Shown: positions 15,282 through 25,183, numbered from the stretch's first letter. The stretch: DNA of 64,000 nucleotides from an uncultured Candidatus Saccharibacteria bacterium (GCA_964448095.1 CAYUUT010000002.1:27959-91958), one strand, 5' to 3'. The notes: a model not told the origin generated them from the sequence alone. Program-made: numbers and translations.

Positions 15282-15391
15282 ACAAACCGCTCACGCGCGG
15301 AAGGCCTGTTGTCTGAGCCGCTTTCAAATAATTATAGCGTCTCCTCAACAGGCCTCACCGGCTCCGCTTGGGTAAGGTTGAGTTTGTTCAG
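15278..15391 (+). repeat. conserved structured intergenic element, copy A
   Basis: It shares the 16-nt block ACCGCTCACGCGCGGA and the 26-nt block ACCGGCTCCGCTTGGGTAAGGTTGAG with copy C. The outer stem is CTGAACAAAC/GTTTGTTCAG and includes the smpB stop codon. Confidence 0.75.
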
Positions 15392-15420
15392 AGGCTTTAG
15401 CTCGCTTATAAATTGATACA

Positions 15421-16224
15421 ATGGATTTAATGAAGATTTACTCGTGGAATGTTAATGGCATCAGAGCGGTTATAAACAAGGGCGAGTTCCAGAAATTTAT
15501 CAAAAAACACGACCCGGATATTTTGTGTTTGCAAGAAACTAAAGCTCAGCAGGGACAGGCGGAAATCAATCTACCGCAATATCAGGAATTTTGGAACTCG
15601 GCCGAGAAAAAGGGTTATTCCGGCACGGCCATTTTTACTAAAATTAAGCCAATTAAGGTAGAAAATGGCCTGCCGGATGATATTGTCAAAAAATACAAAG
15701 TCGAGGGCGACGTTTACGGTGACCCCAACAAAGAGGGACGGGTGATTACCGCCGAATTTGAGAAGTTTTTTGTGGTTGGCGTCTATACAATCAACGTTAA
15801 AGACGATCTTAGCCGCTTGCCGGTACGCCAAGCCTGGGATAAAGCCTTTTTGGCTTATTGCCAGGAGTTGGAGAAGACCAAGCCGGTGATTTTCTGCGGC
15901 GACCTAAACGTTGCCCACACCGAAGACGACTTGGCACGACCCAAAGAAAACGTCGGCAAGCGCGGTTTTACCGATGAAGAACGCGCGGGCTTTGAAAACT
16001 TGGTCGGACACGGCTTTTTAGATAGTTTCCGGCTGTTTACGCAGGGTAATGGCCATTATAGCTGGTGGACCCATTGGGCCAACGCACGCGCCCGTAACGT
16101 AGGCTGGCGGATTGATTATTTTTTGGTATCCGCCAGCCTTAAGTCCAAAATTAAAACTGCTGAAATCCATGCCGGTGTCATGGGCTCCGACCACTGCCCA
16201 GTCAGTATCGACCTTGATATATGA
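15421..16224 (+). CDS. xth: exodeoxyribonuclease III
   Basis: Motifs seen: SWNVNGIRA, LCLQETK, GDLNVAH, SDHCPV. Confidence 0.9.
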   Translation: MDLMKIYSWNVNGIRAVINKGEFQKFIKKHDPDILCLQETKAQQGQAEINLPQYQEFWNSAEKKGYSGTAIFTKIKPIKVENGLPDDIVKKYKVEGDVYGDPNKEGRVITAEFEKFFVVGVYTINVKDDLSRLPVRQAWDKAFLAYCQELEKTKPVIFCGDLNVAHTEDDLARPKENVGKRGFTDEERAGFENLVGHGFLDSFRLFTQGNGHYSWWTHWANARARNVGWRIDYFLVSASLKSKIKTAEIHAGVMGSDHCPVSIDLDI

Positions 16225-16787
16225 AAACCGTGGCTGTAATCGAAGGCTTTGCGGGCGGCCCGTATCTAAGCCGGACCCTCCGAAGGGATTTGGTAGGGGC
16301 AGGGTTTGAACTGATAAAAAATAAGGCTGAAGCTAACGTTATTATTGCCCACTCGGGGGGCTGCTATGATTTACCTCCTGCTTCTAACGCTCAACTATTC
16401 ATGCTTATTAATCCCCCGTACTGGCCGAATAAAAGCATCGTCTCCAGATGGATCAGAAAAGAGGGGGCCGACACAAAAAGAGTCAGGAGAGATTATGGCT
16501 TTAGGTATCTTCTAAAACTAAAGGTTTGGGAAGGTATCTATATTTTTTTGAAACCAAGCTATGCGCTCCTAGCCTTAAGGGATATGAGTTTGACTGGTCT
16601 ACTGGATCACATCCGAGAGAGGAAAATTATATTGATTCGCAACCATATGGACTACTTTTGCACTCCTGCAATAAAGGAAGAGCTAACATCGTATAAAAAC
16701 GTTAAGTACGTAGAGCTACCAGGGGAACACGACGACTATTACACCAACCCGAAACCGTATATAGATTTACTTCTTAAAGAACTATAA
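16221..16787 (+). CDS. hypothetical protein, alpha/beta-hydrolase-like
   Basis: ATGA start/stop overlap with xth. IIAHSGGC resembles a nucleophile elbow. Confidence 0.4.
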   Translation: MKTVAVIEGFAGGPYLSRTLRRDLVGAGFELIKNKAEANVIIAHSGGCYDLPPASNAQLFMLINPPYWPNKSIVSRWIRKEGADTKRVRRDYGFRYLLKLKVWEGIYIFLKPSYALLALRDMSLTGLLDHIRERKIILIRNHMDYFCTPAIKEELTSYKNVKYVELPGEHDDYYTNPKPYIDLLLKEL

Positions 16788-16794
16788 TGAAAAT

Positions 16795-17523
16795 ATGACC
16801 AAAGGGAGAAAATTTGCGGTGTTTGATATTGATGGCACGTTGATCCGGTGGCAGCTTTACCATGCACTGGCTGACGCCCTGGCCAAAAACAGTCATATTG
16901 ATGCTAAGACCTACGCGGCGATTCGTGACGCCCGCATGCAATGGAAGCAGCGCAGCGGACTGCAATCTTTTAGCGAATATCAGGTTTACGTGATAAACGC
17001 TTACGAAGAGACGCTGCTTAAGCTGAGTCCGAAGGAGTTAGACCAAGCGGTGGATGACGTCTTTGGTGAATATAAAGACCAGGTTTACATTTTTACCCGC
17101 GGACTAATCAAGCAGCTTAAGGATGATGGCTACATACTATTTGCTATTTCCGGTTCGCAAACTGAAATTATCGCCAAGATTGCCGATTATTATGGCTTCG
17201 ACGACTATGTAGCCACCGAGTACACTGTAAAGTCCGGCAAATTACAAAAAATCTTTCCTTCGGCCGACAAGAAGAAGGCGCTTATGGGCTTAGTTAAAAA
17301 GCACAATGTTGGTTTTGCGGAGAGTATGGCTGTAGGCGACAGCGCCGGCGACATTCCGATGCTGGAGGCCGTTGAGGAGCCAATTGTTTTCAACCCCGAT
17401 GATGAACTTTTTAAGTATGCGGATGAGAAGTCCTGGAAGATTATTATAGAGCGCAAAAATATGGTTTACGAACTGGAGAAGAGCAGTGGAAAATACCAGC
17501 TGGTTAAGACAAACGCCAGATAA
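16795..17523 (+). CDS. HAD-IB family hydrolase (phosphoserine phosphatase-like)
   Basis: FAVFDIDGTLI, ISGSQ, GDSAGDIPML. Confidence 0.75.
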   Translation: MTKGRKFAVFDIDGTLIRWQLYHALADALAKNSHIDAKTYAAIRDARMQWKQRSGLQSFSEYQVYVINAYEETLLKLSPKELDQAVDDVFGEYKDQVYIFTRGLIKQLKDDGYILFAISGSQTEIIAKIADYYGFDDYVATEYTVKSGKLQKIFPSADKKKALMGLVKKHNVGFAESMAVGDSAGDIPMLEAVEEPIVFNPDDELFKYADEKSWKIIIERKNMVYELEKSSGKYQLVKTNAR

Positions 17524-18280
17524 GCCACTATTTCCGGACCTGCTTTGGAGCCGGCCGGAAAATAAACGCCTGGCGGGCAAATTGTTGATTGTTGGCGGCA
17601 GCAGTCATGGTTTTGCGACGCCGGCGGCGGCATTCGCCGCCGCCGGCAAGGCTGGCATTGGCAGCGCCCGGGTGTTACTGCCGGACGCCACTCAAAAAAT
17701 CATTGGAACTAGTTTTGCTGAAGCGGTTTTTGCGCCCAGCACTCCCAATGGCAGCTTTAGCCGCCAAGCACTGGGCGAACTGCTGGACAACGCCGCCTGG
17801 GCTGACGCTGTACTGCTGGCCGGTGATTTTGGCCGCAATTCCGAAACAGCTATTTTGCTGGAATCATTTATGGACAAGTACGCCGGCCACGTCACCGTGG
17901 CCGGCGACGCCTTAGACTATTTCCTAGCCGCTAAGAGCCGTCTTTTAACCCGAGCTGATACTTTAGCGGTTATAAACCTGGGTAAGTTGCAGAAGCTAGC
18001 TAAAGCCAACCGGCCGGGAACCGCGGTTTTACACAATATGAACTTGCACGAACTGGTAACCGTCTTGGCTGATTGGACCAACGGCCCGCCGGCTTTTATC
18101 ACCAAACACGCTGACAATATAATCGCCGCGGCCGGCGGAAAAGTCAGTACCACGCCCGAAAAAGCCGAATCCAACTGGCAAACCGACCTGGCCGCCTACG
18201 CTAGCGTCTGGTTGCTCCAGCAGCCAGGAAAAACCTTCGAAGCATTGACTTCGGCGGCTATGTATTACATGCAGAGATAA
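17486..18280 (+). CDS. YjeF C-terminal-like carbohydrate kinase / NAD(P)HX dehydratase family protein
   Basis: LLIVGGSSHGFATPAAAFAAAGKAGIGSARVLLP and LLAGDFG. GTG start overlaps the HAD gene by 38 nt. Confidence 0.5.
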   Translation: MENTSWLRQTPDKPLFPDLLWSRPENKRLAGKLLIVGGSSHGFATPAAAFAAAGKAGIGSARVLLPDATQKIIGTSFAEAVFAPSTPNGSFSRQALGELLDNAAWADAVLLAGDFGRNSETAILLESFMDKYAGHVTVAGDALDYFLAAKSRLLTRADTLAVINLGKLQKLAKANRPGTAVLHNMNLHELVTVLADWTNGPPAFITKHADNIIAAAGGKVSTTPEKAESNWQTDLAAYASVWLLQQPGKTFEALTSAAMYYMQR

Positions 18281-18330
18281 ACATACATTTTGAGACAATC
18301 AGTTTTTGAGTTAGCATAAGCTTAATTAAT

Positions 18331-18921
18331 ATGTCTATCAACGCCCGACTAACTCTTTTTAGCTTAATCTTAATTAGCATTGTTTACCTTCTGAGCGCGT
18401 TAGTAAACCGTGGATTCAAAAGAATTCATTTTAGCCGAGCATATATTTGGATAAGTTCAGTGGCGATGATTGGTGTACTTGGTGAAATATCCGTAGACGC
18501 CGCCTATCGGCATTTTTTTGGGACACCATTATGGCGCTATAATTTCCTTCCCGTACATCATGCCTACACATCCGGATTCGCGCCTGTACTTTGGGGGTCC
18601 TTCGGCCTCTACTTGTACTTAATGCATCATAGTTATGAACGGTGGACGCCAAAACAACTCGTTCGCCTCTCTGTCATATTTGGGATTGAAGCGCTATTTC
18701 TGGAAGCGGCCACGGACTTGATTTCTAAGCCGCTACTCGGAAACTATATCTATTACTACTATCCAAACGGATTGTGGCACATCTCCGCGTTTCAGAATTT
18801 TGCATTTTATTTCTTGTGCGGGTATCTTATCATTCTAACAATTCACTGGTTCAAATCTAATCCGCATTTCTTCAGCATAATCAGTACCTGGGTTACTTTT
18901 GTGACCGTATATATTAAGTAG
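18331..18921 (+). CDS. polytopic membrane protein, unknown function
   Basis: About 6 hydrophobic segments. AT-richer than its neighbours. Confidence 0.5.
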   Translation: MSINARLTLFSLILISIVYLLSALVNRGFKRIHFSRAYIWISSVAMIGVLGEISVDAAYRHFFGTPLWRYNFLPVHHAYTSGFAPVLWGSFGLYLYLMHHSYERWTPKQLVRLSVIFGIEALFLEAATDLISKPLLGNYIYYYYPNGLWHISAFQNFAFYFLCGYLIILTIHWFKSNPHFFSIISTWVTFVTVYIK

Positions 18922-19492
18922 GCGGGCGAATCGCCGCCCCAAAGCTTGCCCAAGTCTTATAAAGCAGGTTATCGATTTTAACCCAATCGTTTTTCTCATG
19001 ATGTTTATCGCTTTCGTGAGTTAGCAGCTTGGCGGCTTCGGCCCGGTAACGCCCGTATTCTCTTAAAGCCTCTGGCGGGCAGTGATATACCACCGCTGCG
19101 GCTTCGGCGATACTCTGTTCCAAAGTCTTATGATATTTTTCCGGGTAGCGGTGGATGTCCCACCACTCTAGCTCTAGTCGAGCTGCTCTATGGTAGTCGA
19201 ATGGCGCGACCACATGGTCGGAGGCTATTTTATAAAACTTTTCCAGGCGTTTTAGGACTTTAGGATAATTCTCGTGGCCTTTTTTGAGACGATAAATCGC
19301 CGCCGCTGTGCCACTGTACCAAGCCAGCCGTATTGACACGATCCAACTGGCTTTGAAGGCGAGTTTAACGGAAAGCAATAAGTAGAAAGTCAACCTTACA
19401 AAATGATGGTTGTAATAATCTCGCCACATTTTGGTTTCAACCTCGGCACACTTAACAAAATCAGCGTCCCGCATGTCTACTTTTTTAGTCAT
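18914..19492 (-). CDS. hypothetical protein
   Basis: The ORF extends to TTG 19537, but ATG 19492 (MTKKVDMRD) is preferred. No recognisable motif. Confidence 0.45.
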   Translation of the reverse strand: MTKKVDMRDADFVKCAEVETKMWRDYYNHHFVRLTFYLLLSVKLAFKASWIVSIRLAWYSGTAAAIYRLKKGHENYPKVLKRLEKFYKIASDHVVAPFDYHRAARLELEWWDIHRYPEKYHKTLEQSIAEAAAVVYHCPPEALREYGRYRAEAAKLLTHESDKHHEKNDWVKIDNLLYKTWASFGAAIRPPT

Positions 19493-19541
19493 GATTGGAT
19501 TATATAGCTTCAGCGCGAGCAAAAATACCTTTGCCAAAAAA

Positions 19542-19626
19542 TGGTGGGCGAGGAGGGAATCGAACCCTCAATCCGTAAGGAACACGATTTTGAGTCGTGC
19601 GCGTATACCAATTCCGCCACTCGCCC
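19542..19626 (-). tRNA. tRNA-Leu (anticodon CAA), CCA encoded
   Basis: Hand-folded cloverleaf: acceptor GGGCGAG/CTCGCCC, anticodon loop CUCAAAA, long variable arm, T-arm GAGGG-TTCGATT-CCCTC, 3' ACCA. Confidence 0.9.
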
Positions 19627-19696
19627 GGATTGCGCTTGAGCGAAACAAGCTGGAATAACAGATGTATTGTACAATAAAGTTGAGCATTTTATAACC

Positions 19697-20950
19697 ATGC
19701 CTGACGACGACCATAAACACTCTGGGCACTTTGATGCCGCTATGCCTTTGCCTGACGAGGTGAAGATTAAGCGTTTAACGGCTGCTAATGAGTCCAGCAA
19801 GAGCCACGGCAGCCAAGACGCCGCGGCTGATTTGATTCGCCAGCGAGTAGAGGCCGCCTACGCTAAAGCGCCGGCGGCGGCCGCCGAAGTCGACGAAGTC
19901 AACCAAATTGCGGCCGCCAAACAGTCAAAACACCAGAAGTTTATTGACAATCTAATAAACTCCGGTAAATCGTTGCCGGAGATTCAGGCCGCCTGGCACG
20001 AATATTATGCCGGGCTAACAGACCACGATAAGTATCAGGTCTGGCACGAATTTTATGCCGAACACGAAAAAAACTCGCGCTACGGGCAAGCGACCAAAAG
20101 CCCGGAGCCAAAGAGGCTAGCTGCTCAGGTGGACTACCGCAAACATATTAAGCGGGTCAGAGAACACGTTAAAAAACTCCCGCAGCTCAAAGCTCCAGCC
20201 GACAGCCCACCTACCAGCCGACCCACCCATAGACCTGCGGCCTCACCGCTGCACTCATTAGCTTTTGGGCTGGGTATTGGCATGCTGGTAATAGTAATCT
20301 TCTTGTTCAGTTTCTTTAATGAACGCTTCATCGCGCCATTTATCCAGCCCAGCCGCACCGTGACCAATACGCCCATCATCGACGAGAGCACGGTCATCAG
20401 CCCCAACCCGGAAATTATCATCCCCAAAATCAACGTTGAAATCCCGGTTATATACACCGTACCAACGATTGACCCGGACGCCGTGGAAAATGCCCTGGAA
20501 GGCGGTGTGGTGCACTATGCCGATACCGCGCTGCCCGGCCAGGACGGCAACCTGGTGATTGTCGGCCACTCCAGCAATAATATCTTTAACCAGGGCAAGT
20601 ATAAATTCGCCTTCGTGCTGCTTTCGCGATTGCAGAGCGGCGATACCTTCTATTTAGATAAGGACGGCGTGCGTTACACCTATCAGGTTTACCAAAAAGA
20701 AATCGTTGACCCAAACGACGTTTCGGTACTAGGAGCACAAGCTAAACCGGCGACAGCCACTTTGATTACCTGCGACCCGCCGGGCACTAGCAATAACCGC
20801 CTGGTGGTTGTCGGCCAGCAAATCAGCCCCGATCCCAGCGCGAATATTGCCGCTGCCAGCGGCGACAATAGCCTGGCGACCAAGTCAGCCATTATCCCCG
20901 GGAACTCGCCGACGCTGTGGTCGCGGATAGTTAAGTGGTTTGAGAGCTAG
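19697..20950 (+). CDS. sortase family transpeptidase with long N-terminal region and TM anchor
   Basis: LVIVGHSSN (His), TLITCDPPG (Cys), NRLVVVG (Arg). The ORF track begins at TTG 19667. Confidence 0.8.
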   Translation: MPDDDHKHSGHFDAAMPLPDEVKIKRLTAANESSKSHGSQDAAADLIRQRVEAAYAKAPAAAAEVDEVNQIAAAKQSKHQKFIDNLINSGKSLPEIQAAWHEYYAGLTDHDKYQVWHEFYAEHEKNSRYGQATKSPEPKRLAAQVDYRKHIKRVREHVKKLPQLKAPADSPPTSRPTHRPAASPLHSLAFGLGIGMLVIVIFLFSFFNERFIAPFIQPSRTVTNTPIIDESTVISPNPEIIIPKINVEIPVIYTVPTIDPDAVENALEGGVVHYADTALPGQDGNLVIVGHSSNNIFNQGKYKFAFVLLSRLQSGDTFYLDKDGVRYTYQVYQKEIVDPNDVSVLGAQAKPATATLITCDPPGTSNNRLVVVGQQISPDPSANIAAASGDNSLATKSAIIPGNSPTLWSRIVKWFES

Positions 20951-22440
20951 GTTTTAGGCAGGTCACTGCCGGCCCGCATGTCAACATTGTTGAGGTCATA
21001 ATTGCCGCCGTTAGCGCTGGGAGCCACGGTGAATAAGTGATTAAAATCAGAGCTGAAGTAGCCGCCTGCGGCTTCCATTGTTGGTACCAACAACTGCTGG
21101 TTGGTGCCGTCATAGTCCGTTACAAAGACAGTGTTGTTGCTATCGCCAATCAGCCGGCTGCCGTCCATCCACTGCAGGTCGCCCGCCAGCGGCGCTTTGA
21201 TAATGTATTGAAACCGGGCCTTGTTTTCGAAATCGTAAACGCCAAAGCTCTGGCCGCTCTCAACCTCCACAAAACGGGCGTTGTTAGAGAACGAAACCTT
21301 ATCGGCACCCATAACCCTTAGGGCGATGGTGGGCAGGGCTTTGCCGATGGATGAGTTTTGGATATCGCTTAGCGGGTCTTCAAAAATATCGACCCGGTCA
21401 TCAGTATCACTGCCGGCTATGTAGTACCAATGACCTTGGTACTGGGCGGCGTCGATTAGATAATGGCTGCCGGCGCTGAAATTATACAGCGCATAGGTGG
21501 GGCCATTGCTCCAAATTCGGGCCTGAGCCTGGCCACTGGGCATGTTGTTATCCGTAACATAGGTTAGCAAACTGCTGCCGTAAGCCTTGAAGGCCAGCAC
21601 GTTCTTTAGAAATACCGGGTCTAAAACGCCCTTGGTAGTATCGCCAACGCGCAGGGTTTGAGCAGACTGGTCATAAATATAAAGCTGATTGATTGACTTA
21701 TTGCGCAGCGCCACTTGGCTGGGATTGACGCCGAAAAGCCGGTTGACGTTAAAAGACTGCGAGGGGTCAGAACGGTCAAAAACGATAAACTCCGAGCCGC
21801 CTTGGTAGCCATGTTGAAGCAGCACATGATTATTATCGGTTGACCATTCCACCAGGCTGAGGCTGCTGCCGGGCAGCCCAGGGTTGGTGAGCACACTATC
21901 CGGCAAACTAAGAACCTGAGCGGCTTGAGTCGGTTTTGAGGCATCGTACTCGTCAAAGTTTACGCTCGCGCTACTGCTAACGGCGGTCTGTACTAGCAGC
22001 CAGTGCTGATCCGGTGTCTGCGTAAACAGAGGCGGAGCCGTAGCATAGCTCTGCATACTAACTGATACCGGGGCCTTGGGAAAAAGGAAGGGATAGACAT
22101 AATAGGCTACCGCACCGGCGTCGACCTCTACCGAACGCTGCCAGGTGCGGTAGCCGCCTTTGGTTAGCTTCAGGCTATAGGTAGCTGCCGGCAAATTTAA
22201 CCTGGCCGAAGTACTGCCACGCTGGGTGCCGCTAAGGTCGATAGCCGCGCCGCCGGGCTTGGAGTCTACAAACAGCAAACCGTTTTGGATAATAGTGTGG
22301 GTTTTGGTGCTGAAATTGTAGCCATACGAAATATTCGCCAAAAGGTAAGCCGCCATAGCAATAACCAGCGCCATCAATATATAGCCGGTTATTAAACGCG
22401 CTTTATAAGCACGCTTTTTACGTGGGTCTAGAAAATCCAT
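20947..22440 (-). CDS. PEGA domain-containing membrane-anchored protein
   Basis: N-terminal TM segment. The PEGA-like segment is LLFVDSKPGGAAIDLSG...YSLKLTKGGYRTWQRSVEV. Confidence 0.6.
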   Translation of the reverse strand: MDFLDPRKKRAYKARLITGYILMALVIAMAAYLLANISYGYNFSTKTHTIIQNGLLFVDSKPGGAAIDLSGTQRGSTSARLNLPAATYSLKLTKGGYRTWQRSVEVDAGAVAYYVYPFLFPKAPVSVSMQSYATAPPLFTQTPDQHWLLVQTAVSSSASVNFDEYDASKPTQAAQVLSLPDSVLTNPGLPGSSLSLVEWSTDNNHVLLQHGYQGGSEFIVFDRSDPSQSFNVNRLFGVNPSQVALRNKSINQLYIYDQSAQTLRVGDTTKGVLDPVFLKNVLAFKAYGSSLLTYVTDNNMPSGQAQARIWSNGPTYALYNFSAGSHYLIDAAQYQGHWYYIAGSDTDDRVDIFEDPLSDIQNSSIGKALPTIALRVMGADKVSFSNNARFVEVESGQSFGVYDFENKARFQYIIKAPLAGDLQWMDGSRLIGDSNNTVFVTDYDGTNQQLLVPTMEAAGGYFSSDFNHLFTVAPSANGGNYDLNNVDMRAGSDLPKT

Positions 22441-22577
22441 AATCTGTTAATTTTAACCATTGAATACTTAATTTACTCTTAGAGTGTGGCAGAAGTGGAT
22501 AGTTTTCTCAAGAACTTGCCAGCCAACGGCTGATGGGTGTAATATGGTCATTGTGCAAATAGGGGTAAGCTTCTAAA

Positions 22578-23651
22578 GTGGCCAAAAGCGCAAGCGTTAT
22601 CGAAATCAATGGTAACCGCTATAATGCCGTAAACGGTCAGTTACTTGGCGCCGTCAAAAAAGTTGCCGCCCAGATGAAGATGCCGGCCGGCGGCGCGATA
22701 GACGGGCTGGTACGTCGCCCATCATCTGTTATCAACAAGACCCGCAGCGCCAATTATAAAGCACACGGCACCCGCCGCCCACTGCAGCACTCACAGACTT
22801 TGATGCGTGCCGCCGTAAAGCGTCCAACCTTATCAAAAAGCCAAGACCAAGAGTCTAAACTGCACAAGCCGCACGTCGCGGCTGCCAGCCCGGACCGGGT
22901 TTTACGGGCTAAAACCATTATCAAAAATAGCCGGATAGAGCATTTTGGCAAGCTGCGTGCCAAGAGTTCATCAATCGTCACCCGCCGCCCCCAGGCCATA
23001 TCACCGGCAACCCGCCCAAGTCTTGCCGCCTCTTCGAGCGCGGCCGCCAGCACTAGCCTAAGTAAACCGCTGCCAAGCATGGTCACCAGCGCCTCGCACC
23101 AACAACTTGAACGACTATTGGACCAGGCATTGATCCAGGCTGACGCGCATAAGCAGGCTCTGCGATCGCGCACTAAGGGCTGGCGGCGCTTTATGTTTGC
23201 TTCTAAGTGGCTGACGCTGTGCGCCAGTTCGCTGGCCGTACTACTGTTAGGCGGTTTTTTTGCGTGGCAGAATATTCCACAGGTGTCTATGCGCGTCGCC
23301 GCTACCCGCGCGCATGTCAGCGCCTCGGTACCAGCTTATACGCCCCTAGGCTACAGCTACGCGGCGCCCGTGAGCGCTAATAACGGCAAGGTTAGTATCA
23401 GTTATAAGACTCCGGGTAACAGCGATAAGAGCTACACCATTACTCAGCAGGCTTCCAATTGGGACAGCAGCTCTCTAGCTGCTAATGGCGTGCCTAAAGA
23501 TTCTCAGGCTTCACAGATTAATGGCACTACAATCTATACTTATGGCAGCCAGGATAATGCTAAATGGGTCAACCACGGCGTACTGTTTACTATCCAGGAC
23601 AAGGCCAACCTCAGCTCCGACCAGATTCTGCAAATAGCCAATAGCCTCTAG
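22578..23651 (+). CDS. membrane-anchored hypothetical protein with DUF4367-like C-terminal domain
   Basis: Basic, disordered N-terminus, one TM segment, and a C-terminal YTITQQASNWD...TIYTYGSQDNAKWVNHGVLFTI. Confidence 0.5.
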   Translation: MAKSASVIEINGNRYNAVNGQLLGAVKKVAAQMKMPAGGAIDGLVRRPSSVINKTRSANYKAHGTRRPLQHSQTLMRAAVKRPTLSKSQDQESKLHKPHVAAASPDRVLRAKTIIKNSRIEHFGKLRAKSSSIVTRRPQAISPATRPSLAASSSAAASTSLSKPLPSMVTSASHQQLERLLDQALIQADAHKQALRSRTKGWRRFMFASKWLTLCASSLAVLLLGGFFAWQNIPQVSMRVAATRAHVSASVPAYTPLGYSYAAPVSANNGKVSISYKTPGNSDKSYTITQQASNWDSSSLAANGVPKDSQASQINGTTIYTYGSQDNAKWVNHGVLFTIQDKANLSSDQILQIANSL

Positions 23652-23677
23652 CCAATAGCCTCTAGGCAATAGCCTGC
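23636..23677 (+). repeat. three tandem copies of a 14-nt unit spanning the stop codon of 22578..23651
   Basis: AGCCAATAGCCTCT, AGCCAATAGCCTCT, AGGCAATAGCCTGC. Confidence 0.8.
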
Positions 23678-23713
23678 TTCCCGATACAAGCTTAGAAATA
23701 TATACTGTTAGTA

Positions 23714-25153
23714 ATGTCTGAGCCCGTTAGAACTCGATTCGCGCCCAGCCCCACAGGATTTTTGCATGTCGGTGGTGTACGTACGGCCCTATTCGCCTGG
23801 CTGGTTGCCCGCCAAGCGGACGGACAATTTATATTAAGGATTGAAGATACCGATAAAGTCCGTGAAGTGGCCGGCTCCGAACAGCATATTATCGATTCGC
23901 TACACTGGCTGGGGCTGGATTGGCAAGAAGGCCCGGATAAGGGCGGGGCGCATGGGCCTTATCGCCAGAGTGAGCGGCTGGATATCTATAAAGAATGGGC
24001 CCAAAAGCTGGTAGCAAAGGGCCTGGCTTACGCCGACCCGACTACGCCGGAGCAGCTGGAGCAATTTCGCCAGCAGGCCAAGGACCAAAAGAAGCCCTTT
24101 TTATTCCGTGAGCATCGGCCGGAAAAACCGCCGGCGTGGGACGGCAGCCAACCGCTACGCTTCAAATCCGACCCCAAAGACTATAAATGGCACGATGAGG
24201 TCTTGGGCGATTTGTCCAGCGGGCCGGAGGCCATCGACGATTTTATTATTATTAAATCCGACGGCTACCCGACCTACAATTTTGCCCACATCATTGATGA
24301 CCACTTGATGGAGATTACCCACGTTATTCGCTCGCAGGAATTTACTCCTAGTGTGCCGAAATTTCTCAATTTGTATGAAGCGCTGGAAATTGAACGGCCT
24401 AAACTTGCCACGCTGCCTTATGTCATGGGCCCGGACGGCAAAAAAAAGCTGTCCAAACGCGACGGTGCTAAAGATGTGCTGGACTATAAAAAGGAGGGCT
24501 ACCTGCCGGCGGCTCTGGTCAATTTTCTAGCCACACTGGGGTGGAATGACGGCACTGAGCAAGAAATTTTCTCAATCGACGAGCTGGTAGCCAAGTTCAG
24601 CCTAGAGCGAGTACACCACAGCGGCGCGGCCTTCGACGAGCAGCGACTGTTATGGTTGGACGGGCATTATATCCGCCACACACCACCGGATGAATTATAT
24701 GAACTGGCGAAGGACTTTTGGCCGCCCAGCGCCGCCAACCACGACGATGATTATAGAAAGCAGGTACTCGGACTGGTGCAGGAAAGGCTAAAGTTCCTGG
24801 CCGAACTGCCAGACCTGAGCAATTTCTTCTTTGAAGATTTGCCGGTTAATTTACAGCTTATCGACAACAATAAGCAGCTCAAGGGCCTAGACCACGGCCA
24901 GTTGAAAGACTTATTGGAAAGATCTCAGCAGCAGTTGCAAGGCAATGATTTCTCATCTGTTGAGGGCCTGGCCGAAAGCTTGAACAAGCTGCTGGAAGAA
25001 ACCGGCCAAAAACCGGCTGTCCTTTTCAGCCTTATCCGCGTGGCCACTACCTGGGCGCCAGCCAGCCCAGGCCTGGCCGAAAGCCTAAAGTTATTGGGCA
25101 AAGACAAATCTCTAGAGCGCATAGACGGAGCTGTGGCTGCCCTAGGAAACTAA
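23714..25153 (+). CDS. gltX: glutamate--tRNA ligase
   Basis: RTRFAPSPTGFLHVGGVRTALF (HIGH region) and KLSKR (KMSKS). Confidence 0.9.
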   Translation: MSEPVRTRFAPSPTGFLHVGGVRTALFAWLVARQADGQFILRIEDTDKVREVAGSEQHIIDSLHWLGLDWQEGPDKGGAHGPYRQSERLDIYKEWAQKLVAKGLAYADPTTPEQLEQFRQQAKDQKKPFLFREHRPEKPPAWDGSQPLRFKSDPKDYKWHDEVLGDLSSGPEAIDDFIIIKSDGYPTYNFAHIIDDHLMEITHVIRSQEFTPSVPKFLNLYEALEIERPKLATLPYVMGPDGKKKLSKRDGAKDVLDYKKEGYLPAALVNFLATLGWNDGTEQEIFSIDELVAKFSLERVHHSGAAFDEQRLLWLDGHYIRHTPPDELYELAKDFWPPSAANHDDDYRKQVLGLVQERLKFLAELPDLSNFFFEDLPVNLQLIDNNKQLKGLDHGQLKDLLERSQQQLQGNDFSSVEGLAESLNKLLEETGQKPAVLFSLIRVATTWAPASPGLAESLKLLGKDKSLERIDGAVAALGN

Positions 25154-25183
25154 GCATAAGCTCTGTTACAATGGGCGGGAAAT

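Noticed and set aside
15278-15391. The repeated hairpin element as an integron attC site.
   Set aside because: The terminal sequences do not match the R''/R' cores (RYYYAAC / GTTRRRY). No intI or cassette-like organisation is present, and the copies are dispersed among housekeeping genes.
23636-23677. The 14-nt tandem repeat as a phase-variation switch for 22578..23651.
   Set aside because: The stop codon lies in the first repeat unit, so gain or loss of downstream units would not change the protein. It is most likely a slippage duplication in the 3' flank.
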